From an uncultured Spirochaetota bacterium (GTDB lineage Bacteria > Spirochaetota > UBA4802 > UBA5550): a stretch of DNA of 64,000 nt. Below, piece by piece: positions 10,425 to 19,747 of this stretch; position 1 is the first letter of the stretch; the number at the start of each line of letters is the position of its first letter. The notes beneath the pieces were generated by a model. That model was not told the origin of the DNA and did not search any database. It saw only the letters and a program-made list of their open reading frames with translations. The stretch spans positions 432,189-496,188 of the forward strand of contig CAWHAA010000010.1 of NCBI GenBank assembly GCA_963827275.1, in the 5' to 3' direction. Position numbers and translations under genes: made by a program.

Positions 10425-11456
10425 CTATTTCTTCTTGTGAAGATCCTCGAGCCTTGTCTGGATGGAATAATAGGCTTTTTTCGCCTCTTCCCTGACGCTC
10501 TTGTTGAGGTCTTCCTTGGCCTTTTCCAGGGGCTTGAGGCACAATGGGTCAAGGATGTGCTCCAGCGCCTTGACCGCCTCAAGGCGTATGTCATAGTACG
10601 GGTCGTTGATCATGCGGGCCAGGGTGTTGATCGACCCCTTGTCCCTCATCGATCCGAGGGCCTTGACCGCCTCAAACCGTACGTTTTTATATTCGTCGCT
10701 GGTTGCCTTGTGCACGAGAGGCAGCGCGTCCGCGAACCGGTGCTTCCCGATATAGACGAGCGCGTCCACCTTTGACGCGACGCCTTCGTTCATCCGCTTG
10801 ACCATCATCATCAGCGGGGCGTCATTCAGGGCCTTTTTGGCCTTGTCGCTGCCCAACCCCTCGATGATCTCCCTCGCCGCGCGCCGTATCTCAAGCTTGT
10901 TGTCGGTGAGGGAGCCGATGAGGAGGTCAACCGCCTCGTCGGTCTGGATATTGCCCAGCGCCTTGACCGCTTCAAGCCTGATCTGGTGGCGCATATCGTG
11001 CAGCTTTTCCTCGAGGTGTATGATCGACGTGTGGTCGCGCAGCGTCCCCAGCGTCCGGATGGCCTCCAGCTGCACCATCCCCTTCTTGTCGTTAAGGGCA
11101 AGGGCTATGATGGCCGACGAGTCAGGGTCGGTTTTTCCCCGCGATGCCAGGATCCGGAGGGCATCGATCTTATCGTTCTGCGAGCCATCAACCATGATCG
11201 CCCGGAGGTCGTCCAGTATGCCCTCATCCCCGACTTCGGCAAGCTTCAGTATGGCGGTATTTCTGATCCGAACGTCCTTGTCGTTCTTCATGTTGCGAAG
11301 GGCGGAGACAATGTCGCTGTTTTTCTGCTCTTGGTTTAAAAGGGCTATGAACGCCTTCATCCGTATTTCAGGATTTCTGTTGGTGGTCGCTTTGATAAGG
11401 CCGGGGATGTTATTTTCACTTATTAGCTTATCAATATTGGGTTTAAATATCGACAT
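10425..11456 (-). CDS. HEAT-repeat protein
   Basis: Repeated (V/I)RLEAVKALG units. Confidence 0.87.
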   Translation of the reverse strand: MSIFKPNIDKLISENNIPGLIKATTNRNPEIRMKAFIALLNQEQKNSDIVSALRNMKNDKDVRIRNTAILKLAEVGDEGILDDLRAIMVDGSQNDKIDALRILASRGKTDPDSSAIIALALNDKKGMVQLEAIRTLGTLRDHTSIIHLEEKLHDMRHQIRLEAVKALGNIQTDEAVDLLIGSLTDNKLEIRRAAREIIEGLGSDKAKKALNDAPLMMMVKRMNEGVASKVDALVYIGKHRFADALPLVHKATSDEYKNVRFEAVKALGSMRDKGSINTLARMINDPYYDIRLEAVKALEHILDPLCLKPLEKAKEDLNKSVREEAKKAYYSIQTRLEDLHKKK

Positions 11457-11955
11457 CGTGTATACCATGCCTTATTTTTTTTATTATGGCCAAATTATCA
11501 TTTACGCCTTAAATGTCAATATAAAACAAAAAAATCGAGAAAGAATGCCATGAAACCATAGATTTCCGTGATGGTTTAATAACCGGAATTTGTGATGCGT
11601 CCCTGTCGGGGCTGACACGGGGACCGGCATACCGCCATCTGGTGATGAAACTTTCCGGGACGGCCTGCTCCAGCCAATACCTCCCTGTCATCATCACGCT
11701 GATGATTATAAAGCACCCCCGCACTGATAATATAGTACCGGGACAGCGGGACGGCCAGCCGGGACAGAAAAAAACAGTTATAAAAAAGTCACCCGGGGTG
11801 TGATACGTACAATGGCGCGTCGACAGGCGGTCGGATAAAATAGTTGTGCGAATAAAATTATTATAGACAATGCGAAGATTATATGCCTCAATTGCATGAA
11901 ATGTACCGGTATCGCCAACGGTTTGGGATGCCGCACCAACTAAACAGAGTTAATT

Positions 11956-12714
11956 ATGAGCCTTCGTAGAAAAATCATACTGGCGATCACATTCAGCCTG
12001 TTCTCCTGCCTGGGATCTTACCTGATCATCACCAAGATCTTCAGCAATCTCGAAAACCAGCTCTATGAAAAGTGCCGTATCGAGGCGATGACGGGCGCCA
12101 GGGCCATGAGCGAGATGATGTATCTCATGATAAACCGGAACATGCTCACCAGAGGGGAAGTTTTTGACACGAACTATATAGAGATCCCCGGCACAAACCC
12201 GAAGAAATACCGCACCCGATACAACGCGGTCTTTGACAAATGGATACAGGATGTCCAGGACCAGTTCCTTTACGATACCGAAGTTGAATTCGCGATCCTG
12301 ATGGACAAAAACGGGTATGTGCCGATCCACAACAGGAAATACTCGCAGCCCCAGACCGGCAACTACGCGCGGGACGTCATCTACAGCAGGTCAAAGCGTA
12401 ATTTCTATTCCTACGAGGGCATTAAAAAGATCCTTGAATATAACGGCGACAGCGCCCACCGGGAACGCTACAACAGGGACACGGGCGAGGTGCTCTGGAA
12501 TATCGGCGCGCCGGTACGGCTCTTCGGGGAACAGTGGGGATCGTTTATCATCGGGGTCAACCTGGTCAAGATAGACATGATCAAGAACCAGATGCTGCTG
12601 CTCATTATCATCACCATGTCCATCATCCTGGTGCTCACCAATCTCGTTATCCTGATGATGATACCGAAGAAATACACCGCGGACACGGATGACGAAGAAA
12701 AACTTATTCAATAG
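11956..12714 (+). CDS. Second sensor-only chemoreceptor-like membrane protein, paralog of 8084-8872
   Basis: Colinear motifs IPGTNPKKY, DKNGYVPIHN, RDTGE.LWNIGAPVRL. Confidence 0.72.
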   Translation: MSLRRKIILAITFSLFSCLGSYLIITKIFSNLENQLYEKCRIEAMTGARAMSEMMYLMINRNMLTRGEVFDTNYIEIPGTNPKKYRTRYNAVFDKWIQDVQDQFLYDTEVEFAILMDKNGYVPIHNRKYSQPQTGNYARDVIYSRSKRNFYSYEGIKKILEYNGDSAHRERYNRDTGEVLWNIGAPVRLFGEQWGSFIIGVNLVKIDMIKNQMLLLIIITMSIILVLTNLVILMMIPKKYTADTDDEEKLIQ

Positions 12715-12760
12715 GCAGGATAACGGGAAAATCACTCTCCGCCGCGCACGCTGAAAACAC

Positions 12761-12789
12761 CAGAACACCCGCTCGTCGCGGGTGTTCTG
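12761..12789. terminator. Hairpin between convergent genes
   Basis: CAGAACACCCGC-tcgtc-GCGGGTGTTCTG, 12-bp perfect stem; no clear U tract. Confidence 0.5.
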
Positions 12790-12830
12790 ATATACTGCTG
12801 CAGTACAATTAACGCGTTACAGTACGGTTT

Positions 12831-13106
12831 TCATTTCGTCCGGTTGGGGTTCATCTCATTCTGCATAAAATAATCGACCGGCCGCATACCGTACACCTTC
12901 TGGAAATCATCCTTGTAGGGGCAGAGATTGCAACCGATTTTTTCAATAACGTTGGTGAGCTTCAGCAGCTGCATTGACGTATCCTTGTCAAGAGCGCTCC
13001 TCCCTCCTCCGCCAAGACCGGTCTCCAGGTACTTCCTCAGCTTCTGAAGCACGCATGCCTTGCATTTTTCGGCATGTTCCCTTACATTTTTAGTGATTAA
13101 CGCCAT
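12831..13106 (-). CDS. Small hypothetical protein with two CxxC motifs
   Basis: CKAC and CNLC; GGAGG SD. Confidence 0.7.
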   Translation of the reverse strand: MALITKNVREHAEKCKACVLQKLRKYLETGLGGGGRSALDKDTSMQLLKLTNVIEKIGCNLCPYKDDFQKVYGMRPVDYFMQNEMNPNRTK

Positions 13107-13273
13107 TGTAGCTTCCTCCCCTTCAATTTACTTAGCGTATATTAATTCGGTTACCATGATAACCGTTTGATACATAATAAAATGAATCTGCATAATTTTC
13201 CACTAATATTTTTTCATTAAAATCATGCCACTATTGATCGGCGATCAATAGTGAACAATTCAGGACAATATGT

Positions 13274-13720
13274 TTAAAGAAAAAAGCGTATTAATTTCGC
13301 GATAAAATACGCGCCGGTAAACAGGAACAACGGTATTGAGGCAAAAAATACCGCCACCTCGCTCGATTTTACCACGCCGGGGTTGAGGACTTTTTTACCG
13401 AAAAAATTATAATGATAATACTCCGGCATTTTTGACCGCTGGTATATCCTCAGCGCGATCATCATCTGGCTTATGAACATGAGCACCATGATGAAGCCGT
13501 TCAGCAGCCACATCATAATCGGGAACTTGATTCTCTGGATCTGGTCCGGCTTGTACAACGCCACGAAGATCAGCGCGCCTGACAGGATGACGTTCGTTAT
13601 CGTCGTGAGAATATATTTCTGCAGCAGTTCCTGATTTCTGGTTTGAATGTACCTGGTCAGGTATAACAGATGGACCGCAAGAGAAAGAAACAGGACCAGA
13701 AATAAAATGATAATAATCAC
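13274..13720 (-). CDS. Hypothetical 4-TM membrane protein
   Basis: Hydrophobic ORF, GTG start with GGAG upstream. Confidence 0.7.
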   Translation of the reverse strand: MIIIILFLVLFLSLAVHLLYLTRYIQTRNQELLQKYILTTITNVILSGALIFVALYKPDQIQRIKFPIMMWLLNGFIMVLMFISQMMIALRIYQRSKMPEYYHYNFFGKKVLNPGVVKSSEVAVFFASIPLFLFTGAYFIAKLIRFFL

Positions 13721-14028
13721 TCACACGACTCCCGGTAAAGGTGATGCTCTGTAATTTTTGATATATAGATACAGGTCTTCCCTTTGCAAAATTCAAGACA
13801 CTACCGCTGGTTTTGGAAAAAAGACTACGAACGACAGAAATTTCATGCCATGAACGACATTTAAAGAAGATAGCCGCATTACACGTGTTTCAAACTCATG
13901 ATCGCTTATAGCCGGGAAAGTAATGAAAAAAAGACCCCCTGCGAACGCGTACAATTATAAAACACTACTCGTAAAAAAAGTCAAGTGCAAAGATGAATTT
14001 TTTTTATTATTTGGGCCGGTCGGGTGTT

Positions 14029-14073
14029 AAAAAGAGTTCCTCCCTGGAGGAATTATTCACTCCTCCAGGGAGG
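14029..14073 (-). terminator. Rho-independent terminator
   Basis: CCTCCCTGGAGGA/TCCTCCAGGGAGG 13-bp stem followed by AACTCTTTTT on the minus strand. Confidence 0.75.
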
Positions 14074-14495
14074 GGAAAAGGATATGGAGGGTTTAAATCG
14101 GTTATCAACCGTTAAACTGCAACATTAGTTTTGGACCCGCTCCCGTGAGACCGCGGTCTGTTCATGCAATCGCCGCTTTCTCAGGAAGGTCATACTCATG
14201 GCGCCGAGAAGCATGACGCCAATGGTCCCAATCGTTATACCGCTTCGCCCCTTTCGGAGGTCACCGCACTGGTAACATCTTCCTGGTCGGTAGTGACCCG
14301 TATGAGCGCATGATTGAGCGGATTGTTCAACTCATCATATACCCGGTTATAGAACCCCGCATTATGGAGCGTCGTGTACCTGAATTCTCCCGCTGCAAAA
14401 GCTCCATGTGTGCCGGCTGCGATGACAAGGGCGAACAGTAATGAGAAACTCTTACTATCTTTCCTGTATAAGACTAAATTTTAAGAACGTATACA
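14029..14495 (-). ncRNA. Candidate ncRNA of about 465 nt, or a frameshifted small membrane-protein gene
   Basis: Lies between a sigma70-like promoter and a terminator; several stems, some with G-U pairs on this strand; no intact ORF. Confidence 0.4.
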
Positions 14496-14501
14496 ATCAT
14501 T

Positions 14502-14530
14502 ATAATACAAATGGAAGCATAAAAAGTCAA
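14502..14530 (-). promoter_or_regulatory. sigma70-like promoter
   Basis: TTGACT-N17-TATTAT. Confidence 0.65.
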
Positions 14531-14762
14531 TTAAAAATCCCATCCAGATGGGCTCAAATTTGATTTTTTTTAATTTTTTGATTCTATCCCTTTTCATAAA
14601 ACCAGGCATATTTTAAGCCTCTATTTCGATAAAAAACTGCATACATGCCAATGAAAGGATGGACTATTTAAAATTATATTGACTCCATGAAAAATCTATA
14701 CGAGTGGTGATTCTGTTCTTTAATGAAATAAATGACGATCTTTTCCGGTGTGTTATTGTCTA

Positions 14763-15365
14763 ATGACCGATGATACCAAAACAACAGCCAGATCGAATCA
14801 GGAAGATGAGATCTTGATACGGGACTTTCTGTCGGATAACGTCAGGGCCTTCGACCGGCTCGTCGTTAAATACCAGGGCCTTGTTTTCAACCTCTGCTTC
14901 AGGATTGTCGGGGATTACGATGACGCAAGCGACTGCGCCCAGGAGACCTTCATAAAAGTGCATAACAACCTGAAAAACTTCGGGTTCCGGTCCAGCTTCA
15001 CCACCTGGCTCTACCGGATCGCCATCAATACGTGCCGCAACACGCTCTCTTCCTCCGGCAGCCGCGCCAGGAAAGCCATGGTGCGCATAGACAGGCCCGG
15101 GGAGGCCGGCGCAGACCCCATCGAGATACACGACTGCTCGTTCGACCCCGGCGCGCTGTTTGAAAAGAACGAAAAGGCGCGGTTGATACACCGGGCCATC
15201 GACGCGCTCCCTGACGATCTGAAAATCCTCGTTGTCCTGAGGGACCTTGAAGGAAACTCCTACGAGGAGATATCGGGCATAACCGGCGTGAACCTGGGAA
15301 CGGTGAAATCACGCCTCGCGCGGGCGCGGCACCTCCTGAGAGAATCATTGCGGGAGGCCCTGTAG
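14763..15365 (+). CDS. ECF sigma-70 factor
   Basis: DCAQETF, FTTWLYRIAIN, SYEEIS...GTVKSRLARAR. Confidence 0.93.
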   Translation: MTDDTKTTARSNQEDEILIRDFLSDNVRAFDRLVVKYQGLVFNLCFRIVGDYDDASDCAQETFIKVHNNLKNFGFRSSFTTWLYRIAINTCRNTLSSSGSRARKAMVRIDRPGEAGADPIEIHDCSFDPGALFEKNEKARLIHRAIDALPDDLKILVVLRDLEGNSYEEISGITGVNLGTVKSRLARARHLLRESLREAL

Positions 15366-16370
15366 ATGAACTGCGAACAGGTCAAAATGATCCTGGCCGA
15401 CTACCGCGACGGCACAATCACCGAAAGCGAGCGGGCGATGGTGGACGCCCACCTGAAGGTCTGCGATGACTGCAGGGAAGAGCTCCGGTTCCTGAAAAAA
15501 TACAAAACCGCGATCAGACGGTACCCTGCCCTCCAGGCGCCTGACGGCCTTCTTGAGGAAGTACACCGAGGGATTGAGAGTCAAAAACGGGGCGGGATCG
15601 TGCGGGCACTGTTTTTCCCGCTCCGCGTCAAGGTCCCCCTTGAAGCGGCCGCGCTGCTGGCGCTGGCCCTGACAGGGGTGCTCGTATTCAAGCCGTACAA
15701 GACATCGATGCTCGATTATAGCGCCGAGCATCAGACCGCCGTTACCCGACAGAGCGCGCCTTCCGGTGCGGACGCAGCGCGCGCCGCCGCGACGAACCAA
15801 CGCCGGACCGCGAAAATCGACGGGACGGCCCGGGATAAAAAGCGGGAGGCGCCCGCGGCCCCGGAGCGGGAAGGGATATCGGTGACCGCCACCTCGCGGC
15901 AGGACGCGCCGCTGACCGAAAAATCGGCTGACGCGCGGGAAGTTGAGGAGATCACCATCTCGATGCGGATGAAAGCCGCTCCGGCCGAAGAACCGGCCCC
16001 CGGGGATTCCGTCAGGCAGGAGGAATCCGAATCGACCGCCGGCGTCCTGACCGGGGACGCCCGGAAGACATTGCGGTCAAACGCCATGACGGGAACGCCA
16101 CGGGCCATGAAGGCCGGGCCGGCCGGCCGTGATACAAAAACGACGGAAACCATTGACGGCCTTGCCAGGTCCCTCGGCGGTAAAATAATACAAGAAGAGA
16201 CAGACGATGAAACGGGCGGCGTCAGGTCCGTTGTGGTAGAGCTCCCTGCGGGGAACTACAATCAATTCATCGGCGGGATGAGGGCCCGGTGGACCATCCT
16301 CGGACAGACCCCGGCGGCGCCGCCCGCCGGCACCGGCACCGTCCGCATCACCATGCATGTCCGTGATTGA
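15366..16370 (+). CDS. Zn-binding (zf-HC2/ZAS) anti-sigma factor
   Basis: HLKVCDDC, one TM, directly follows the sigma stop codon. Confidence 0.85.
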   Translation: MNCEQVKMILADYRDGTITESERAMVDAHLKVCDDCREELRFLKKYKTAIRRYPALQAPDGLLEEVHRGIESQKRGGIVRALFFPLRVKVPLEAAALLALALTGVLVFKPYKTSMLDYSAEHQTAVTRQSAPSGADAARAAATNQRRTAKIDGTARDKKREAPAAPEREGISVTATSRQDAPLTEKSADAREVEEITISMRMKAAPAEEPAPGDSVRQEESESTAGVLTGDARKTLRSNAMTGTPRAMKAGPAGRDTKTTETIDGLARSLGGKIIQEETDDETGGVRSVVVELPAGNYNQFIGGMRARWTILGQTPAAPPAGTGTVRITMHVRD

Positions 16371-16371
16371 T

Positions 16372-16818
16372 TTACCCGCGCGCCAGCCGGTCGAGAATAA
16401 GGCCGAAAAATCCGTCACTGACTGATTCGTACCGCCACCCCAGGTGCACATGGCACGAGGCGCACACGACGTAGCACCAGGCGTAGCCGGGAAACCACGT
16501 GTATTCCCCGGTGAACCCGCCGACCGCCAGGCATCCCCCCGCGCCGGAAAAACAGCCGACATGGAACACCACGCCCCCGGGGTTTTTACAGATATGGTCA
16601 TGCGAGCCGTTCACGACGATGCTGTCCGCATCCGAGGTCACCTGGTTGCCGCATACCGCGCAGTGAAGCCGGTGTTCTTCTTCGCCGGCGGCATTGCGCT
16701 CCGATTCCTCGCGGCCGATACCGGCATTGGACCTCGCGTCAGTGCGCTGGAGCAGGCATGCCGGTGCGGCCGCGCCGCCGCCCGTTCCCGGGCATTCCCT
16801 CTCATGGACGTCTTCCAT
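16372..16818 (-). CDS. Cereblon (CULT domain) family protein
   Basis: CAVC...NPGG...TWFPGYAW...CASCHVHLGWRY; start uncertain. Confidence 0.9.
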   Translation of the reverse strand: MEDVHERECPGTGGGAAAPACLLQRTDARSNAGIGREESERNAAGEEEHRLHCAVCGNQVTSDADSIVVNGSHDHICKNPGGVVFHVGCFSGAGGCLAVGGFTGEYTWFPGYAWCYVVCASCHVHLGWRYESVSDGFFGLILDRLARG

Positions 16819-16871
16819 GAGGAAAATATAGCCATCCCGCGGCGATTTGTCAATTCCCCTGAAGAAGTCTC

Positions 16872-16900
16872 TTGACACGGCCATCATCAATTTCTATACT
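16872..16900 (+). promoter_or_regulatory. sigma70-like promoter of glycosylation module 1
   Basis: TTGACA-N17-TATACT. Confidence 0.7.
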
Positions 16901-16948
16901 CAACCGCAGCAGACGCGATAGAACACAAACCAGAAGAAGGACGCCCCG

Positions 16949-18652
16949 ATGAAACAGAACAGCACCACCGCACGCGCGGCCATCACCGCGCTGATACTGC
17001 TCGCGGGCATCGGCTACGGCGTTTTTTATTTCAACTATTTCGAAACGCCCTCCGGCGATTATATCGGCAACATACGGGGCCCGGTGCTGCAGTACATGGG
17101 GGGCGATTTCCCGGGAACGAACTTCAAGTTCCTCCCCTTCTTCCCGCTGCTGCTCTCGGTGCTGACACGGGTGAACCCCTTCCCGGCGGAGGACCCGGTC
17201 TACCTGACCGCGATGATCCTCAACATGGCGCTGCTGCTCCCCTATCTTGTCCTCGCGTTCCTTGTCTATCGGAGGTTCCTCGCGGAAAAGGCAGCGATGG
17301 CGGCGCTCATCATCCTCGGGACGAACATCTATACCGTGTACATGGCGGTCAACGCCGAGCTCGAGATGACGCTGACGACGATGATACTCCTGTCGCTCTA
17401 CCTTGCGCTGCGGGACTCAAAGCTGTCCTACGCGACGGCGTTTTTCACCGCCTTCACCAAGTGGGACTCGGTCTTCATCGTCCCGGCGGTCATGTTCAGG
17501 GACTTTTTCTATCGCAACAAAAAGCCGCTCTCCCTTGTTCTCGGGACCCTGGCCGCGGCCGGGGTTGCGACATGGCTGGCGCTCAGCTTTATGGCCACGA
17601 AGAGCCACCCCTACGTCGCTGAAATCGCGCACCGGGGCCCCAACGTCTACCGGTATATCCTCGACTGTTTCCTGGTCGCCGGCAGCTTCATCCAATGGAT
17701 GGCCGGCCACGCGTGGTACATGCAAAACACCGCCCTGAAGCTGTCCATGCTGGCGTTCCTGGCCATACCCGCCGCGGCCGTCATTATCGGGATCCCGTGG
17801 GGCATGGTGCTTGTCTGGAAAAAACAGCGCAGGGAATTCGCGCCGGTCTTCATGTTCTTCGCGGGGTTCCTCCTCATCCACCTGGTGTACCAGAACACCA
17901 AGGACCGCTACGTCATGCCGATCCTCTGGATACTGACGCTCTTCCTCGTCACCGGCGTCACCGGCGGGCTGTGGCCGCGGCTCTCCGCGGCATGGGACCG
18001 CATGAAGCCGAAAACGCGCGTCGCTGCGGCCGCCCTTCTCGGCGCCGCGGCGGCCGCGCTGTATGCCGCGACCCTGGCGGCCATCGCGATCGACGATACC
18101 CCCGCGCATGTCGCGTTCGCCCTTGCCTTCACCGCGCTGATGGCCGCGGTCGTGACATGCGGGAGCGGCAGGCAGAAGACCGCTTCCGCCGCGTTCATGG
18201 CGCTGGCGTGCGGCGTGCTCATCAACCTGTCGGTATATTACGGCGTGCGCGCCCTGGACCATCACGGTCTCTCACGGGTGGAATTCAAGCAGGCGGCGCT
18301 CTGGTTCAGGGAGAACGCCGGCCCGCGGGACAGAATGCTCATCTCGGAAACCAACGTTCCGATGTACTACTCAGGCTTCGGCCCCGAACGCTTTGCCGTC
18401 TCCTTTTTTATCAACGGGAAGACCGTCGAGGAACTGGTCCCCGAGCTCAGGGCCATGAAGGTCACCCACGTCTTTGTTGACGACTTCTACATACGGCGCC
18501 TGCCGATCAGGGACCCGAACGCCATAGACCGGAGGGCCTGGGTCTTCAGGGAGATCCGGGACCGCGGCGCACAGAGCGGCCATTTCACGCTGATCAGGAC
18601 CTTTCACACGAAGGGCGGCATTACGAGCTACCTGTACCGGTTCGTTCCGTGA
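16949..18652 (+). CDS. Polytopic membrane protein, probable GT-C (ArnT/PMT-like) glycosyltransferase
   Basis: About 13 TMs, acidic first loop, RYVMP motif, soluble C-terminal domain; gene context. Confidence 0.6.
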   Translation: MKQNSTTARAAITALILLAGIGYGVFYFNYFETPSGDYIGNIRGPVLQYMGGDFPGTNFKFLPFFPLLLSVLTRVNPFPAEDPVYLTAMILNMALLLPYLVLAFLVYRRFLAEKAAMAALIILGTNIYTVYMAVNAELEMTLTTMILLSLYLALRDSKLSYATAFFTAFTKWDSVFIVPAVMFRDFFYRNKKPLSLVLGTLAAAGVATWLALSFMATKSHPYVAEIAHRGPNVYRYILDCFLVAGSFIQWMAGHAWYMQNTALKLSMLAFLAIPAAAVIIGIPWGMVLVWKKQRREFAPVFMFFAGFLLIHLVYQNTKDRYVMPILWILTLFLVTGVTGGLWPRLSAAWDRMKPKTRVAAAALLGAAAAALYAATLAAIAIDDTPAHVAFALAFTALMAAVVTCGSGRQKTASAAFMALACGVLINLSVYYGVRALDHHGLSRVEFKQAALWFRENAGPRDRMLISETNVPMYYSGFGPERFAVSFFINGKTVEELVPELRAMKVTHVFVDDFYIRRLPIRDPNAIDRRAWVFREIRDRGAQSGHFTLIRTFHTKGGITSYLYRFVP

Positions 18653-18778
18653 TGCGTCCGCAAGAAATAATCAATCCGTAGCTGAAATTAACTTGAACAA
18701 TTCCGCCCGCTGCCGGATAATACCCGATACGCGGCAATCCGCGCACCGATGCCGCGGCCGCGGTCCAGAGGTAAGAAG

Positions 18779-19744
18779 ATGAAGCTGATCATTCAGATCC
18801 CCTGTTACAACGAAGAAAAGACGCTCCCCGTGGCGCTCCGCGAGCTCCCGCGGAAGCTCCCCGGCGTTGATACGGTGGAGTGGCTCATCATCGACGACGG
18901 CAGCCATGACAACACGGTCGAGGTCGCAAAAAAGCACGGCGTGGACCACGTCGTCCGCTTCAAGAAAAACCGGGGCCTCGCCGAGGGGTTCAAGGCGGGC
19001 ATCGACGCCTGTGTCGCGCTGGGCGCAGATATCATCGTCAACACCGACGCGGACAACCAGTACCATGCGGGCGATATCCCGAAGCTGATACAGCCGATCC
19101 TGGACGGCAAGGCGGACATCGTGATCGGCGCCCGCCCCATCTCCCAGATCAAGCATTTTTCCATCGTCAAGAAACTGCTGCAGAAGCTCGGCAGCTACGT
19201 GGTGCGGCGCCTGAGCGCCACGGACATCCCGGACGCGCCAAGCGGCTTCCGGGCCTTCAGCAGGGACGCCGCTCTGAAGCTCAACGTGTTCAACAGGTAC
19301 ACCTACACCCTGGAAACCATCATTCAGGCGGGGCGGAAGAACATGGCCATCACGTGGGTGCCGGTACGGGTCAACGAAGACCTGCGGCCGTCGCGGCTGG
19401 TGAAGAGCATCCCGAGCTACATCAAGCGGTCCATCATCACCATTTTCAGAATATTCGTCGTGTATGAGCCGTTCAGCTTCTTCATACGGATAGGGGGGTT
19501 CCTTTTTGCGATCGGCACGATCATCTGCGCCAGGTTCCTCTATTTTTATTTCACCGGGTTAGGCAGCGGCCACATACAGTCCCTCATCCTCGCCAGCATA
19601 CTCATGCTGATGGGGTTCATGTCGATCCTGGCGGCATTCATCGTCGACCTGATGGCGGTCAACCGCATCCTCATGGAGGACATCCAGTACAGGATCAGGA
19701 AGTCCGGCATCCAGGAACACGGCCGCGGCGCCGGGCGAAAATAG
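18779..19744 (+). CDS. GT2 polyprenol-phosphate glycosyltransferase (DPM1/GtrB-like)
   Basis: IPCYNEE, DDGSHD, DAD.QY, two C-terminal TMs. Confidence 0.9.
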   Translation: MKLIIQIPCYNEEKTLPVALRELPRKLPGVDTVEWLIIDDGSHDNTVEVAKKHGVDHVVRFKKNRGLAEGFKAGIDACVALGADIIVNTDADNQYHAGDIPKLIQPILDGKADIVIGARPISQIKHFSIVKKLLQKLGSYVVRRLSATDIPDAPSGFRAFSRDAALKLNVFNRYTYTLETIIQAGRKNMAITWVPVRVNEDLRPSRLVKSIPSYIKRSIITIFRIFVVYEPFSFFIRIGGFLFAIGTIICARFLYFYFTGLGSGHIQSLILASILMLMGFMSILAAFIVDLMAVNRILMEDIQYRIRKSGIQEHGRGAGRK

Positions 19745-19747
19745 CCG

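Noticed and set aside
14029..14495. tmRNA, RNase P, SRP or known riboswitch
   Set aside because: No tRNA-like ends or tag peptide, no GAGGAAAGTCC, and no SRP or riboswitch core recognised
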